Source: Clostridia bacterium
Lineage (GTDB): Bacteria > Bacillota > Clostridia > TANB77 > CAG-508
DNA length: 47,546 nucleotides
Direction of reading: 5' to 3'
Assembly: GCA_045602065.1 (NCBI GenBank)
Contig: JAZSAX010000008.1
Coordinates: forward strand, 1-47,546
The notes under the pieces are model-generated. The model saw only the letters and a list, made by a program, of their open reading frames with translations, searched no databases and was not told the origin of the DNA. The translations under genes and the position numbers were made by a program. Below are positions 35,315 to 44,432 of the stretch, in pieces; the stretch's first letter is position 1; each line of letters starts with the position of its first letter.

Positions 35315-36301
35315 ATGATTAAATTAGGTGTAATATATGGGGGGGTATCAACAGAACATGATGTATCAGTCATGTCTGCAAAATCTGTAATAGAAAATCT
35401 AGATAAAGAAAAATATGAAATACATGAAATCTATATAAATAAATATGGAAAATGGTTTGAAAATGATGAAGAAATATACAATCTTATTTGGGTTTTAAAA
35501 GAATTAGATGTAGTTTTTCCAGTTCTTCATGGACTAGGTGGAGAAGATGGAACAATTCAAGGTATGCTGGAAATGCTTCAAGTACCATATGTAGGATGTG
35601 GAGTTTTAGCATCAAGTGTAGGAATGGATAAAGTTTATACAAAAATTGTATTTGAAAAAGCGGGAATACCACAAGCACCATATATATATGTTAAGAAAAA
35701 TAAAGATGGATATGTAATTATAGATGAAAATTTTAATGAAGAAGAATTTAAATTAGATAAAATAAATTCGAAATTAAATTTCCCAATGTTTGTTAAACCG
35801 TCTAACTCCGGTTCATCTGTTGGAGTAAAAAAAGCTACTTGTGATGTAGAATTGAAGGCGGCAATTGAAAATGCTGCTCAATATGATACTAAAATTTTAG
35901 TTGAACAAGGAATTGATGGAAGAGAAGTAGAATGTGCTATCTTAGATGGAAAACAAATTTTGGCTTCTACAGTTGGTGAAATTATGTCAGCAGAAGATTT
36001 TTATAGTTTTGATGCTAAATATAATATTCCAGAATCAAAAACAGTAATTCCTGCAGATATTAGTGAACAACAAATCGAAGAGATTAGAATGTTGGCAGTA
36101 AAAGCATTTAAAGCTATTGATGGGAAAGGATTGTCTAGAGTAGATTTCTTTGTTGAAAAGGGAACTGATAAAATTTATATTAATGAAATCAACACGTTGC
36201 CGGGATTTACTAAAATTAGCATGTATCCTAAATTATTTGAAGCTGTTGGAATATCATATTCTGAATTGTTAGATAAATTGATACAAAATGCGATGAAATA
36301 A
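35315..36301 (+). CDS. ddl: D-alanine--D-alanine ligase
   Basis: 328 aa. GGVSTEHDVS, HGLGGEDGTIQG and ATP-grasp motifs (EINTLPGFT). Confidence 0.95.
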   Translation: MIKLGVIYGGVSTEHDVSVMSAKSVIENLDKEKYEIHEIYINKYGKWFENDEEIYNLIWVLKELDVVFPVLHGLGGEDGTIQGMLEMLQVPYVGCGVLASSVGMDKVYTKIVFEKAGIPQAPYIYVKKNKDGYVIIDENFNEEEFKLDKINSKLNFPMFVKPSNSGSSVGVKKATCDVELKAAIENAAQYDTKILVEQGIDGREVECAILDGKQILASTVGEIMSAEDFYSFDAKYNIPESKTVIPADISEQQIEEIRMLAVKAFKAIDGKGLSRVDFFVEKGTDKIYINEINTLPGFTKISMYPKLFEAVGISYSELLDKLIQNAMK

Positions 36302-36307
36302 TGAGAA

Positions 36308-36338
36308 AACTTGATATACTTATATATCAAGTTTTTTA
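36308..36338 (+). terminator. Terminator after ddl
   Basis: AACTTGATAT-acttat-ATATCAAGTT plus a T-run. Confidence 0.75.
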
Positions 36339-36349
36339 TTGATTTATCA

Positions 36350-36378
36350 TTGAAAAGGCTGAGAAAATATGATAATAT
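36350..36378 (+). promoter_or_regulatory. polC promoter
   Basis: TTGAAA (36350-36355), 17-nt spacer, TAATAT (36373-36378). Confidence 0.5.
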
Positions 36379-36392
36379 ATGACAAGAAGTAG

Positions 36393-39300
36393 GTGAGCAA
36401 GACGAAAAAAGTAAGCGAAGTCTTTAGTGACTATAAAACAAATAGCAATATTGCAGATGCTGAAATAACAAAAATGAATTTAATAAAAAAGATAAATACA
36501 CTTGAAATAGGAATTACTTCAAAAGAATATATAGAAATAAAAGAAATATGGTATTTGGAAAAATTCTTAAGAGAAAGATTTCAATTTGGACAAGTTCATA
36601 TGATGATTCAATATGAAGAAGGTGTGCGTAAGAAATCAATAGAAACAGAGTGGGAAAATTTGATATGTTATATGGCACACAAATATCCATTAATGAGGCC
36701 ATTACTATTATTGAAAAGTAAAGTAGAAGTTCAAGATAATAAAATTAATATATTCATGAAAATAAAAGGTGCAGATTTCTTAAAAGCAAGAAAGCTAGAT
36801 AAAGAGTTAGAAACTGTAATAGTCAATTTATTTGGGAAAAAATATACAGTTAATATTGAAGAAAGAATAACTGAACAAGAAGTAGAAGCATTTAAAGAAA
36901 GAACAAAACAGATGGAACATGAGGCTGTTGAAGAAGCAATGAAAGCAAATCAACAATCACATCAAGATGAAGAGATACCACCAATTCCACAAGGACCATA
37001 CAATGATGCAGACTATGAAATGCCACCAGAAGAAGGCCTTGGATATATGCCAGAAATGGAAGAACTTCCTCAAGCAGAAAACCTTATATTTGGGAAACCT
37101 TCAAGAGCAAAAGAAAATAAAATAAAGATAAAAGATATAACTTCAAATGATGCAAGAGTGACATTAGAAGGAAGAATAGTAAACACAGAATGTAAAGAAA
37201 CTAAAACAGGAAAAGGAATGCTTATATTTGAGTTATATGATGGAACTGGAATAATTACTTGTAAATCATTTGCAAAAGATGCTGCAGAAGGTAATGAAGT
37301 ACTAGAAAAAATAAAATCTGCAAAAGCAATAAAAACAACAGGAAAAGCAGGATTAGATGCTTATGCAGGAGATATAACTGTTATGGCAAACATTATAGCA
37401 GAAATATCAGATGAAGGAATGCCACCATTACCAGAAGAAGATGATAGTACACCATTAATTTTAGGTTCATCAATGAATATAAATGACCCATTAACAAAAA
37501 TTGCAGACCTAAATGCGGAATCGGGAAATGTATGCATAGATGGTGAAATTCAATTCATGGAAGACAAAGAAACAAAATCAGGGAAAGTAATTTTAAGTAT
37601 AGATATTTATGATGGTACAAGTACAATGACTTGTAAAGCATTTTTGCCAGCAAACAATGCAAAGAGGATAATAAAAAGACTTAAAAGTACGAAAGCAATA
37701 AAGTTGGCTGGAAAAGCTCAAATGGATGCATTTTCAAATGAGCTAACAATAATGGCAAATACAATAGTAGAATCAACACCATTACCAAAAACAACAAGAG
37801 AAGATAAATCAGAAGTGAAAAGAGTAGAGCTTCATATGCATACCAAGATGAGTCAAATGGATGCAATGACTTCAGCTGAAGATTTAATAAAAAGAGCAAT
37901 GAAATGGGGAATGAAATCAATAGCAATAACAGACCATGGAGTAGTGCAATCATTCCCAGAAGCACACCATTTACTTGGAAGAGACAATCCAGATATGAAA
38001 GTAATTTATGGTGTTGAAGCATATCTTGCACCAGACAAAGAAAAATCAGTAATAAATGAACAAGGTCAAAGTATTGATACAACATATTGTGTACTTGACT
38101 TAGAAACAACAGGATTTTCACCTGTTACAGATAAAATAACTGAAATTGGAATAATGAAAGTTCAAAATGGAGAAGTAGTTGATAAATTTAGTTGTTTTGT
38201 AAATCCTGGAAGAGCAATACCACCAAGAGTTGTAGAAGTTACCAATATAACTGATGACATGGTTAAAGATGCTGAAACTATAGATAAAGTATTTCCGAAA
38301 CTAATGGAATTTTTAGGTGATTCAGTAATTGTAGCACATAATGCTGGATTTGATGTGGGCTATTTAAAACATAACGCAAAAGTACTTGGATACAATTTTG
38401 ATTATACATATATAGATACTTTATCACTTGCAAAAGATTTATTTCCAAATTTCAAAAAGTATAAATTAGGAAAAATTGCTGAAGAATTAGGAATAAAAGT
38501 AGAAGTCGCACATAGAGCTTTAGATGATGTTGATACAACAGTAAAAGTATTTAATGTAATGATAAAAATGTTAAAAGATAAAGGTGTACAAACACTTAAA
38601 GAAATAGATGAAGTTGGAAAAGATGATGAATCAGCAAAAGAAGAATACAAAAAATTAAATACATATCATGCTATAATTTTAGCTAAAAATTATGTAGGTC
38701 TAAAAAATCTTTATAAACTAGTATCTTTATCACATTTACATTATTTTTATAAAAAACCTAGAATATTAAAAAGCTTATATAAAAAATATTCAGAAGGGCT
38801 AATATTAGGAAGTGCCTGTGAAGCAGGAGAATTGTATCAAGCAATATTACTTGGAAAATCTGATGAGGAAATAGAAAAAATAGCAGAAGATTATGATTAT
38901 TTAGAAATACAACCATTGGTAAATAACGAATTCTTAGTAAGAGAAGGAAGAGTGCCTGATAGAGAATATTTAAAAGATTTAAATAGAAAAATTGTACAAC
39001 TTGGAGAAAAACTAAATAAGCCGGTTGTTGCAACTTGTGATGTTCACTTTATGGATCCACAAGATGAAATATATAGACGTATATTAGAAGCGGGTCAAGG
39101 GTATAAAGATGCAGATAATCAAGCACCATTATATCTAAGAACAACAGAGGAAATGTTACAAGAATTCAGCTATTTAGGTGAAGAAAAAGCATATGAAGTA
39201 GTAGTAGAAAATACAAATAAAATCGCAGATATGTGTGATAGAATTTGCCCAATATCACCAGAAAAATGTCCACCACATATTCCGGGATGTGAAGATGACT

Positions 39301-41153
39301 TAAGAAGAATAACTTATGAAAAAGCACATGAATTATATGGTGACCTATTACCAGAAATTATAGAAACTAGATTAGAAAAAGAATTAAATTCTATTATAAA
39401 TAACGGATATTCTGTAATGTATATTATTGCACAAAAGTTAGTATGGAAATCAAATGAAGATGGATATATAGTAGGTTCAAGAGGCTCTGTAGGTTCATCA
39501 CTTGTAGCATTTATGACAGGTATAACAGAAGTAAACTCATTACAACCACATTATAGATGCCCAAATTGTAAATATTCTGATTTCACAGATTATGGAATAG
39601 GAAATGGATATGATTTACCAGATAAAGATTGCCCAAATTGTGGACATAAGCTTGCAAAAGATGGGATGGATATACCATTTGAAACATTCTTAGGATTTAA
39701 TGGAGATAAAGAGCCAGATATAGACCTAAACTTCTCAGGAGAATATCAAGCAAAAGCGCATAAATATACAGAAGTAATATTTGGAAAAGGAACAACATTT
39801 AAAGCTGGAACAGTAGGTACAGTTGCTGATAAAACAGCGTTTGGGTATGTAAAAAAATATTATGAAGAAAGAAATATACCTGTAAATAAAGCAGAAATAA
39901 CAAGGATATCTGCAGGATGTACAGGAATAAAGAGAACAACAGGACAACATCCTGGAGGAATTATAGTAGTTCCAAAAGGAAGAGAAATATATGAATTTAC
40001 ACCAGTACAACATCCAGCTGATGACCCAACATCAGATATTATAACAACACATTTTGATTATCACTCAATAGATGCGAACCTTTTAAAACTAGATATACTA
40101 GGACACGACGATCCAACTGTAATTCGTATGTTACAAGATTTAACAGGTGTTGCACCAACAGATATACCATTAGATGATAAACAAACAATGTCAATATTTA
40201 ATTCGACAGATGCATTAGGAGTAACACCAGAGCAAATTAATTCAAAAGTAGGAACTTATGGAATACCTGAATATGGTACTAAATTTGCTAGAGGCATGCT
40301 TTTAGACACCTTACCAACAACATTTGATGAGTTAATACGTATATCAGGTTTATCACATGGTACAGATGTATGGCTAGGAAATGCTCAATCATTAATAGAA
40401 CAAGGAACAGTAACACTTAAAGAAGCAATATGTTGTAGAGATGACATTATGGTATATTTGATGAAAAAAGGATTACCTCCAGACAAAGCATTTAAAATAA
40501 TGGAGACAGTTCGTAAAGGAAAAGCGCTTAAAGATCCAGAAAAATGGAATGGATTTAAAGAATTAATGAAACAATATGATATTCCAGATTGGTATGTAAA
40601 ATCATGTGAAAAAATTAAATACATGTTCCCTAAAGCACATGCTGCAGCATATGTAACAAATGCATTTAGAATAGCGTGGTTTAAAGTTCATATTCCACTT
40701 GCATATTATGCTGCATACTATTCAATTAGAGCAAAAGCATTTGACGCAGAATTTATGATAAATGGAAAAGAAAAAGTAAAAAACAAAATGAAAGAAATAG
40801 AAATGATGGGGAATAATGCAACACCAAAAGACAAGGAAATGTATGATGACTTAGAACTGGTACTTGAAATGTATGAAAGAGGAATCAAATTCTTGCCAAT
40901 AGATTTATATAAATCTCATGCTACTAAATTCCTAATAGAAGGTGAATATTTAAGACCACCTCTAAATAGCATAGCAGGTCTTGGAAATGTTGCTGCAGAA
41001 GGTATAATGAAAGCACGTGATGAAGAAAAATTCATGTCAATTGATGATATGAAAATTCGTGCAAAAGTCGGTGATTCTGTTACAGAATTATTACGCCAAT
41101 TCGGATGTTTAGAAGGAATGAGCCAAAGTAACCAGTTAAGTTTATTTGGGTAA
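36393..41153 (+). CDS. polC: DNA polymerase III PolC-type (1586 aa) with two tandem OB-fold modules
   Basis: GTG start. PHP (VELHMHTKMSQMD), DEDDh exonuclease (VLDLETTG...HNAGFD...HRALDD), zinc-finger (CPNC...CPNC) and polymerase core motifs. Duplicated segment at aa ~245-338 and ~368-460. Confidence 0.97.
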   Translation: MSKTKKVSEVFSDYKTNSNIADAEITKMNLIKKINTLEIGITSKEYIEIKEIWYLEKFLRERFQFGQVHMMIQYEEGVRKKSIETEWENLICYMAHKYPLMRPLLLLKSKVEVQDNKINIFMKIKGADFLKARKLDKELETVIVNLFGKKYTVNIEERITEQEVEAFKERTKQMEHEAVEEAMKANQQSHQDEEIPPIPQGPYNDADYEMPPEEGLGYMPEMEELPQAENLIFGKPSRAKENKIKIKDITSNDARVTLEGRIVNTECKETKTGKGMLIFELYDGTGIITCKSFAKDAAEGNEVLEKIKSAKAIKTTGKAGLDAYAGDITVMANIIAEISDEGMPPLPEEDDSTPLILGSSMNINDPLTKIADLNAESGNVCIDGEIQFMEDKETKSGKVILSIDIYDGTSTMTCKAFLPANNAKRIIKRLKSTKAIKLAGKAQMDAFSNELTIMANTIVESTPLPKTTREDKSEVKRVELHMHTKMSQMDAMTSAEDLIKRAMKWGMKSIAITDHGVVQSFPEAHHLLGRDNPDMKVIYGVEAYLAPDKEKSVINEQGQSIDTTYCVLDLETTGFSPVTDKITEIGIMKVQNGEVVDKFSCFVNPGRAIPPRVVEVTNITDDMVKDAETIDKVFPKLMEFLGDSVIVAHNAGFDVGYLKHNAKVLGYNFDYTYIDTLSLAKDLFPNFKKYKLGKIAEELGIKVEVAHRALDDVDTTVKVFNVMIKMLKDKGVQTLKEIDEVGKDDESAKEEYKKLNTYHAIILAKNYVGLKNLYKLVSLSHLHYFYKKPRILKSLYKKYSEGLILGSACEAGELYQAILLGKSDEEIEKIAEDYDYLEIQPLVNNEFLVREGRVPDREYLKDLNRKIVQLGEKLNKPVVATCDVHFMDPQDEIYRRILEAGQGYKDADNQAPLYLRTTEEMLQEFSYLGEEKAYEVVVENTNKIADMCDRICPISPEKCPPHIPGCEDDLRRITYEKAHELYGDLLPEIIETRLEKELNSIINNGYSVMYIIAQKLVWKSNEDGYIVGSRGSVGSSLVAFMTGITEVNSLQPHYRCPNCKYSDFTDYGIGNGYDLPDKDCPNCGHKLAKDGMDIPFETFLGFNGDKEPDIDLNFSGEYQAKAHKYTEVIFGKGTTFKAGTVGTVADKTAFGYVKKYYEERNIPVNKAEITRISAGCTGIKRTTGQHPGGIIVVPKGREIYEFTPVQHPADDPTSDIITTHFDYHSIDANLLKLDILGHDDPTVIRMLQDLTGVAPTDIPLDDKQTMSIFNSTDALGVTPEQINSKVGTYGIPEYGTKFARGMLLDTLPTTFDELIRISGLSHGTDVWLGNAQSLIEQGTVTLKEAICCRDDIMVYLMKKGLPPDKAFKIMETVRKGKALKDPEKWNGFKELMKQYDIPDWYVKSCEKIKYMFPKAHAAAYVTNAFRIAWFKVHIPLAYYAAYYSIRAKAFDAEFMINGKEKVKNKMKEIEMMGNNATPKDKEMYDDLELVLEMYERGIKFLPIDLYKSHATKFLIEGEYLRPPLNSIAGLGNVAAEGIMKARDEEKFMSIDDMKIRAKVGDSVTELLRQFGCLEGMSQSNQLSLFG

Positions 41154-41176
41154 AAAGGGACTCGGTCCCTTTTTAC
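41150..41176. terminator. Palindromic terminator after polC (GGGAC..GGTCCC family)
   Basis: GTAAAAAGGGACTCGGTCCCTTTTTAC overlaps the polC stop. Confidence 0.7.
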
Positions 41177-41194
41177 CAACGAAGGAGAAAAGTT

Positions 41195-41500
41195 ATGTTT
41201 GAAAACGCAATTTCAATAACAGATATTTTTACACTAAAAAACATTTTATTATATTTATTAATAATTAATTTAATAGGATTTCTAATGATGTGGTCAGATA
41301 AAAGAAAAGCTAAAAAAGGAAAATGGAGAATTCCTGAACAAACTTTATTTATTGTTACTGCATTAGGTGGAGGAGTTGGTACAATAGCTGGAATGTATAC
41401 TTTTAGACATAAAACCCAGAAGTTAAAATTTACAATAGGGTTACCAGCATTAGTGATCTTAGAAATTGTGGCAATTATATATATTAAGTTTTTTTATTAA
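41195..41500 (+). CDS. DUF1294 family membrane protein
   Basis: 101 aa. WSDKRKAKKGKWRIPE...GGGVGTIAGMYTFRHKTQK, the signature typical of DUF1294. Confidence 0.7.
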   Translation: MFENAISITDIFTLKNILLYLLIINLIGFLMMWSDKRKAKKGKWRIPEQTLFIVTALGGGVGTIAGMYTFRHKTQKLKFTIGLPALVILEIVAIIYIKFFY

Positions 41501-41509
41501 ATAAAACAA

Positions 41510-41540
41510 AAAGTACAGTGGTATGTCACTGTATTTTTTT
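41510..41540 (+). terminator. Terminator after the DUF1294 gene
   Basis: TACAGTG-gtatgt-CACTGTA followed by T7. Confidence 0.7.
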
Positions 41541-41601
41541 ATGACAAAAATACAAGTTACATAAATCAAAATAAAAAATACAAATAAATGTAAAAAGAAA
41601 G

Positions 41602-41696
41602 TTATCAACAGTTCAATGTGAATAACTTATAAAAAAATGCCGCTATTTTAAAGTTATTAACACAGTTATCCACATTATCCACAGGTATGTGGATAA
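41602..41696. promoter_or_regulatory. DnaA-box cluster (3 perfect + 3 near-perfect boxes)
   Basis: Perfect TTATCCACA at 41666-41674 and 41675-41683; inverted TGTGGATAA at 41688-41696. One-mismatch boxes at 41602-41610 (TTATCAACA) and 41617-41625 (inverted, TTATTCACA). Two-mismatch box at 41654-41662. Confidence 0.75.
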
Positions 41697-41779
41697 AAAT
41701 TAAATTTTAAAACGTAAACCAAAAAGGAAACATAAAACAAAAAATAAAATTGACTACCAGTTCGAAAAATAAAAAAGTC

Positions 41780-41808
41780 TTGCAAAAAGAGGTATAACAT
41801 TATATAAT
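41780..41808 (+). promoter_or_regulatory. Promoter of the tetR-fadD operon
   Basis: TTGCAA (41780-41785), 17-nt spacer, TATAAT (41803-41808). Confidence 0.6.
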
Positions 41809-41843
41809 ATCAATGAAAAAATCAGAGATAATAGGTGAAGTAT

Positions 41844-42431
41844 ATGAATAAAACCAAAAGAAAAATATTTGAAACTTCAATGAAACTATTTGCTGAAAAA
41901 GGATATGATGCAACAAGTATAGAAGATATAACTGCAACAGTTGGTGTAGCAAAAGGAACATTATATTATCATTTTTCAAGCAAAGAAGAAATATTTAATT
42001 TCTTAATAGAAGAAGGAATAAAATTATTACAAAATAGTGTAGATATAAAAACAGCAAAACGAAATAATTATATAGATAAAATAAAAGCAATAGTCTTAAT
42101 TCAAATAAAAATTGTGGCTAAATATGAGGATATAATAACGATTATTTTAAGTCAATTTTTAGGAAATGAAGAAAGACATAAAAAGTGCCAAAACCTTGTA
42201 TTTGAATATATAGGTCAAATAGAAAAAATTGTACAACAAGGGATTGAAAAAGGTGAAATAAAAAATGGAGATACTAGAGTAACAGCATCAGAAATATATG
42301 GCTTAATATGTTCAACACTTGTATATAAAAAAAGAGAACATGAAAATATGGACATAATGAAATTATATAATGAATATGAAAACACAGTAATAAATGGATT
42401 ACGAGTAAAACAAAAAGAGGAGAAGTTATAA
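41844..42431 (+). CDS. TetR/AcrR family transcriptional regulator
   Basis: N-terminal HTH (KRKIFETSMKLFAEKGYDATSIEDITATVGVAKGTLYYHF). ATG 41844 follows an AGGTGA RBS. Confidence 0.85.
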   Translation: MNKTKRKIFETSMKLFAEKGYDATSIEDITATVGVAKGTLYYHFSSKEEIFNFLIEEGIKLLQNSVDIKTAKRNNYIDKIKAIVLIQIKIVAKYEDIITIILSQFLGNEERHKKCQNLVFEYIGQIEKIVQQGIEKGEIKNGDTRVTASEIYGLICSTLVYKKREHENMDIMKLYNEYENTVINGLRVKQKEEKL

Positions 42432-44149
42432 TGGGAACGAAATCAAAAAACATGAAATTTAGAGATTTAAAAGATATGCTAAAACAATCAGGAGAAGCGT
42501 ATGGAGATAGACCGGCTTTTAAATTTAAAACAGACAAAGAAGGCGAATTTAGAATAATAACTCACAAGGAATTTAGAGATGATATAAATGCATTAGGAAC
42601 AGCATTAATAAAAATGGGACTAAAAGATAAAAGAATAGCAGTTATTTCAGAAAACAGATATGAATGGGAACTTGCTTATTTATCAATTGCTACAGGAACA
42701 GGTGTTGTTGTGCCATTAGACAAGGCCTTACCAGAAAATGAAATTGAAAGTTTGATTTTACGTTCTCAAGTAGAAGCTATATTTTATTCAGATAAATATG
42801 CTGAAATAATGGATCAACTAAGAAACAAGAAGAACACAAACTTAAAATATTTCATATCAATGGACTTAGAAGAAAATACAAATGGAATATATTCACAAAA
42901 AGCGTTGATTGAAAAAGGCAAAAAGCTATTAGCAGAAGGAAATAAAAAATTCTTAGAAGCAAAAATATATCCAGAAAAGATGGGAATAATGCTATTTACA
43001 TCAGGAACAACCGCGATGTCAAAAGCAGTAATGTTATCACACAAAAACATAGTATCAAATGTAATGGATGTATCAAAAATATTTGATATAGATGAAAATG
43101 ATGTGTTTTTATCATTTTTACCATTACACCATGTATTTGAATGTACAGCAGGCTTTTTATATCCTATCTCTGTTGGCTCTTGTATATGTTTCTGTGAAGG
43201 CGTAAAACATATGGCAGATAATATAAAAGAATTTGGAATAACAGCGATGATATCAGTTCCAGCTGTATTTGAAGTTATTTACAGAAAGCTAATGAAAGCA
43301 ATAGAGAAAAAAGGAAAATTAGAAACAGTAAAAAAAGGTGTAAAAATTTCACAAGCTTTATTAAAAATAAGAATAGATGTTAGGAAAAAATTATTCAAAG
43401 AGATTCATGACAACTTAGGTGGAAAGTTAAGATTAGCATTAGCTGGAGGTGCTGCGTTATCACCTGAAACACAACAAGGCTTTAATGATTTGGGAATTAT
43501 TTTATTACAAGGGTATGGACTAACAGAATCTTCACCAGTAATAGCTGCCGAAACACCCAAATATAGAAGAGTAGGCTCTATAGGGAAGAAAATTCCAAGT
43601 GTAGAGGTAAAAATCGATAATCCAGATGAAGAAGGTGTTGGAGAACTATTAGCTAAAGGTCCAAACATAATGCTTGGATATTACGAAAATGAAGAAGCTA
43701 CAAAGTCAGCAATTGATAAAAAAGGATGGCTACATACAGGAGATTTAGCAAGAATTGATAAAGATGGATATATCTATATATCTGGAAGAAAGAAAAGTGT
43801 TATAGTATTAAATAATGGAAAAAATGTATATCCAGAAGAACTTGAAAATTTATTAAATAAAGTTGAAGGTATTAAAGAATCAATGGTTTATGAAAAAACA
43901 GAAGAAGATGGAGACATCAAAGTTTGTACAAAGATTGTTTATGATAAAGATTTGATTAAAGAACTTTACAATATTGAAGGTGAAGAGAACATCAGAGAAT
44001 TCTTATGGAATAAAGTTAAAGAAGTTAATAATTTAATGCCTAAATATAAATACATTAAAGAAATGATTATTACTGAAGAAGAACTTATAAAAACTACTAC
44101 TTTGAAAATTAAAAGACATGAGGAAATGAAGAAAATTTTTGCAAAATAA
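42431..44149 (+). CDS. Long-chain fatty acid--CoA ligase / AMP-dependent synthetase
   Basis: 572 aa. AMP-binding motif LFTSGTTAMSKAVMLSH; GYGLTES; TGDLARIDKDGYIYISGRKK. TAATG overlap with the tetR stop. Confidence 0.85.
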   Translation: MGTKSKNMKFRDLKDMLKQSGEAYGDRPAFKFKTDKEGEFRIITHKEFRDDINALGTALIKMGLKDKRIAVISENRYEWELAYLSIATGTGVVVPLDKALPENEIESLILRSQVEAIFYSDKYAEIMDQLRNKKNTNLKYFISMDLEENTNGIYSQKALIEKGKKLLAEGNKKFLEAKIYPEKMGIMLFTSGTTAMSKAVMLSHKNIVSNVMDVSKIFDIDENDVFLSFLPLHHVFECTAGFLYPISVGSCICFCEGVKHMADNIKEFGITAMISVPAVFEVIYRKLMKAIEKKGKLETVKKGVKISQALLKIRIDVRKKLFKEIHDNLGGKLRLALAGGAALSPETQQGFNDLGIILLQGYGLTESSPVIAAETPKYRRVGSIGKKIPSVEVKIDNPDEEGVGELLAKGPNIMLGYYENEEATKSAIDKKGWLHTGDLARIDKDGYIYISGRKKSVIVLNNGKNVYPEELENLLNKVEGIKESMVYEKTEEDGDIKVCTKIVYDKDLIKELYNIEGEENIREFLWNKVKEVNNLMPKYKYIKEMIITEEELIKTTTLKIKRHEEMKKIFAK

Positions 44150-44170
44150 AACATGTAAGAAAAATATAAT

Positions 44171-44264
44171 AAAAAAACAATATATAACTACTTCGTAGCC
44201 GAAACATAGCTGGGGCGTAACAATCCGGGGTCGGCTAAACTCACTAGTTATATATTGTTTTTTT
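44171..44264. repeat. 94-bp palindromic element: 20-bp perfect AT-rich arms around a GC-rich core with an inner 7-bp stem
   Basis: AAAAAAACAATATATAACTA (44171-44190) is the reverse complement of 44245-44264. Inner stem is TAGCCGA (44196-44202) / TCGGCTA (44231-44237). Likely also acts as the fadD terminator. Confidence 0.8.
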
Positions 44265-44356
44265 CAATAAATCTTATAATTTTTTATATTACAAAAATAT
44301 TACAAAGGTGTAGAAAAATGTCATAAAAATGTAACATAAAAAAGACTGGAAAAGCC

Positions 44357-44385
44357 TTGTAACTTTAAAAAAGTTGAGTTATAAT
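44357..44385 (+). promoter_or_regulatory. Promoter of the 44433 gene
   Basis: TTGTAA (44357-44362), 17-nt spacer, TATAAT (44380-44385). Confidence 0.55.
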
Positions 44386-44432
44386 AAAGGTAATTATTGT
44401 ATTGACTACATAGGAAGAAGGAGGAATTTGCA

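Noticed and set aside
44241-44268. dif-like (XerCD) site: ACTCACTAGTTATATATTGT resembles the left arm and centre of B. subtilis dif
   Set aside because: The right (XerD) arm, TGTTTTTTTCA, does not match TTATGTAAACT. The sequence is simply one arm of the 94-bp palindrome, and the gdpP-rplI-dnaB gene content is the kind that lies near the origin in B. subtilis, which would be an unlikely setting for a dif site.
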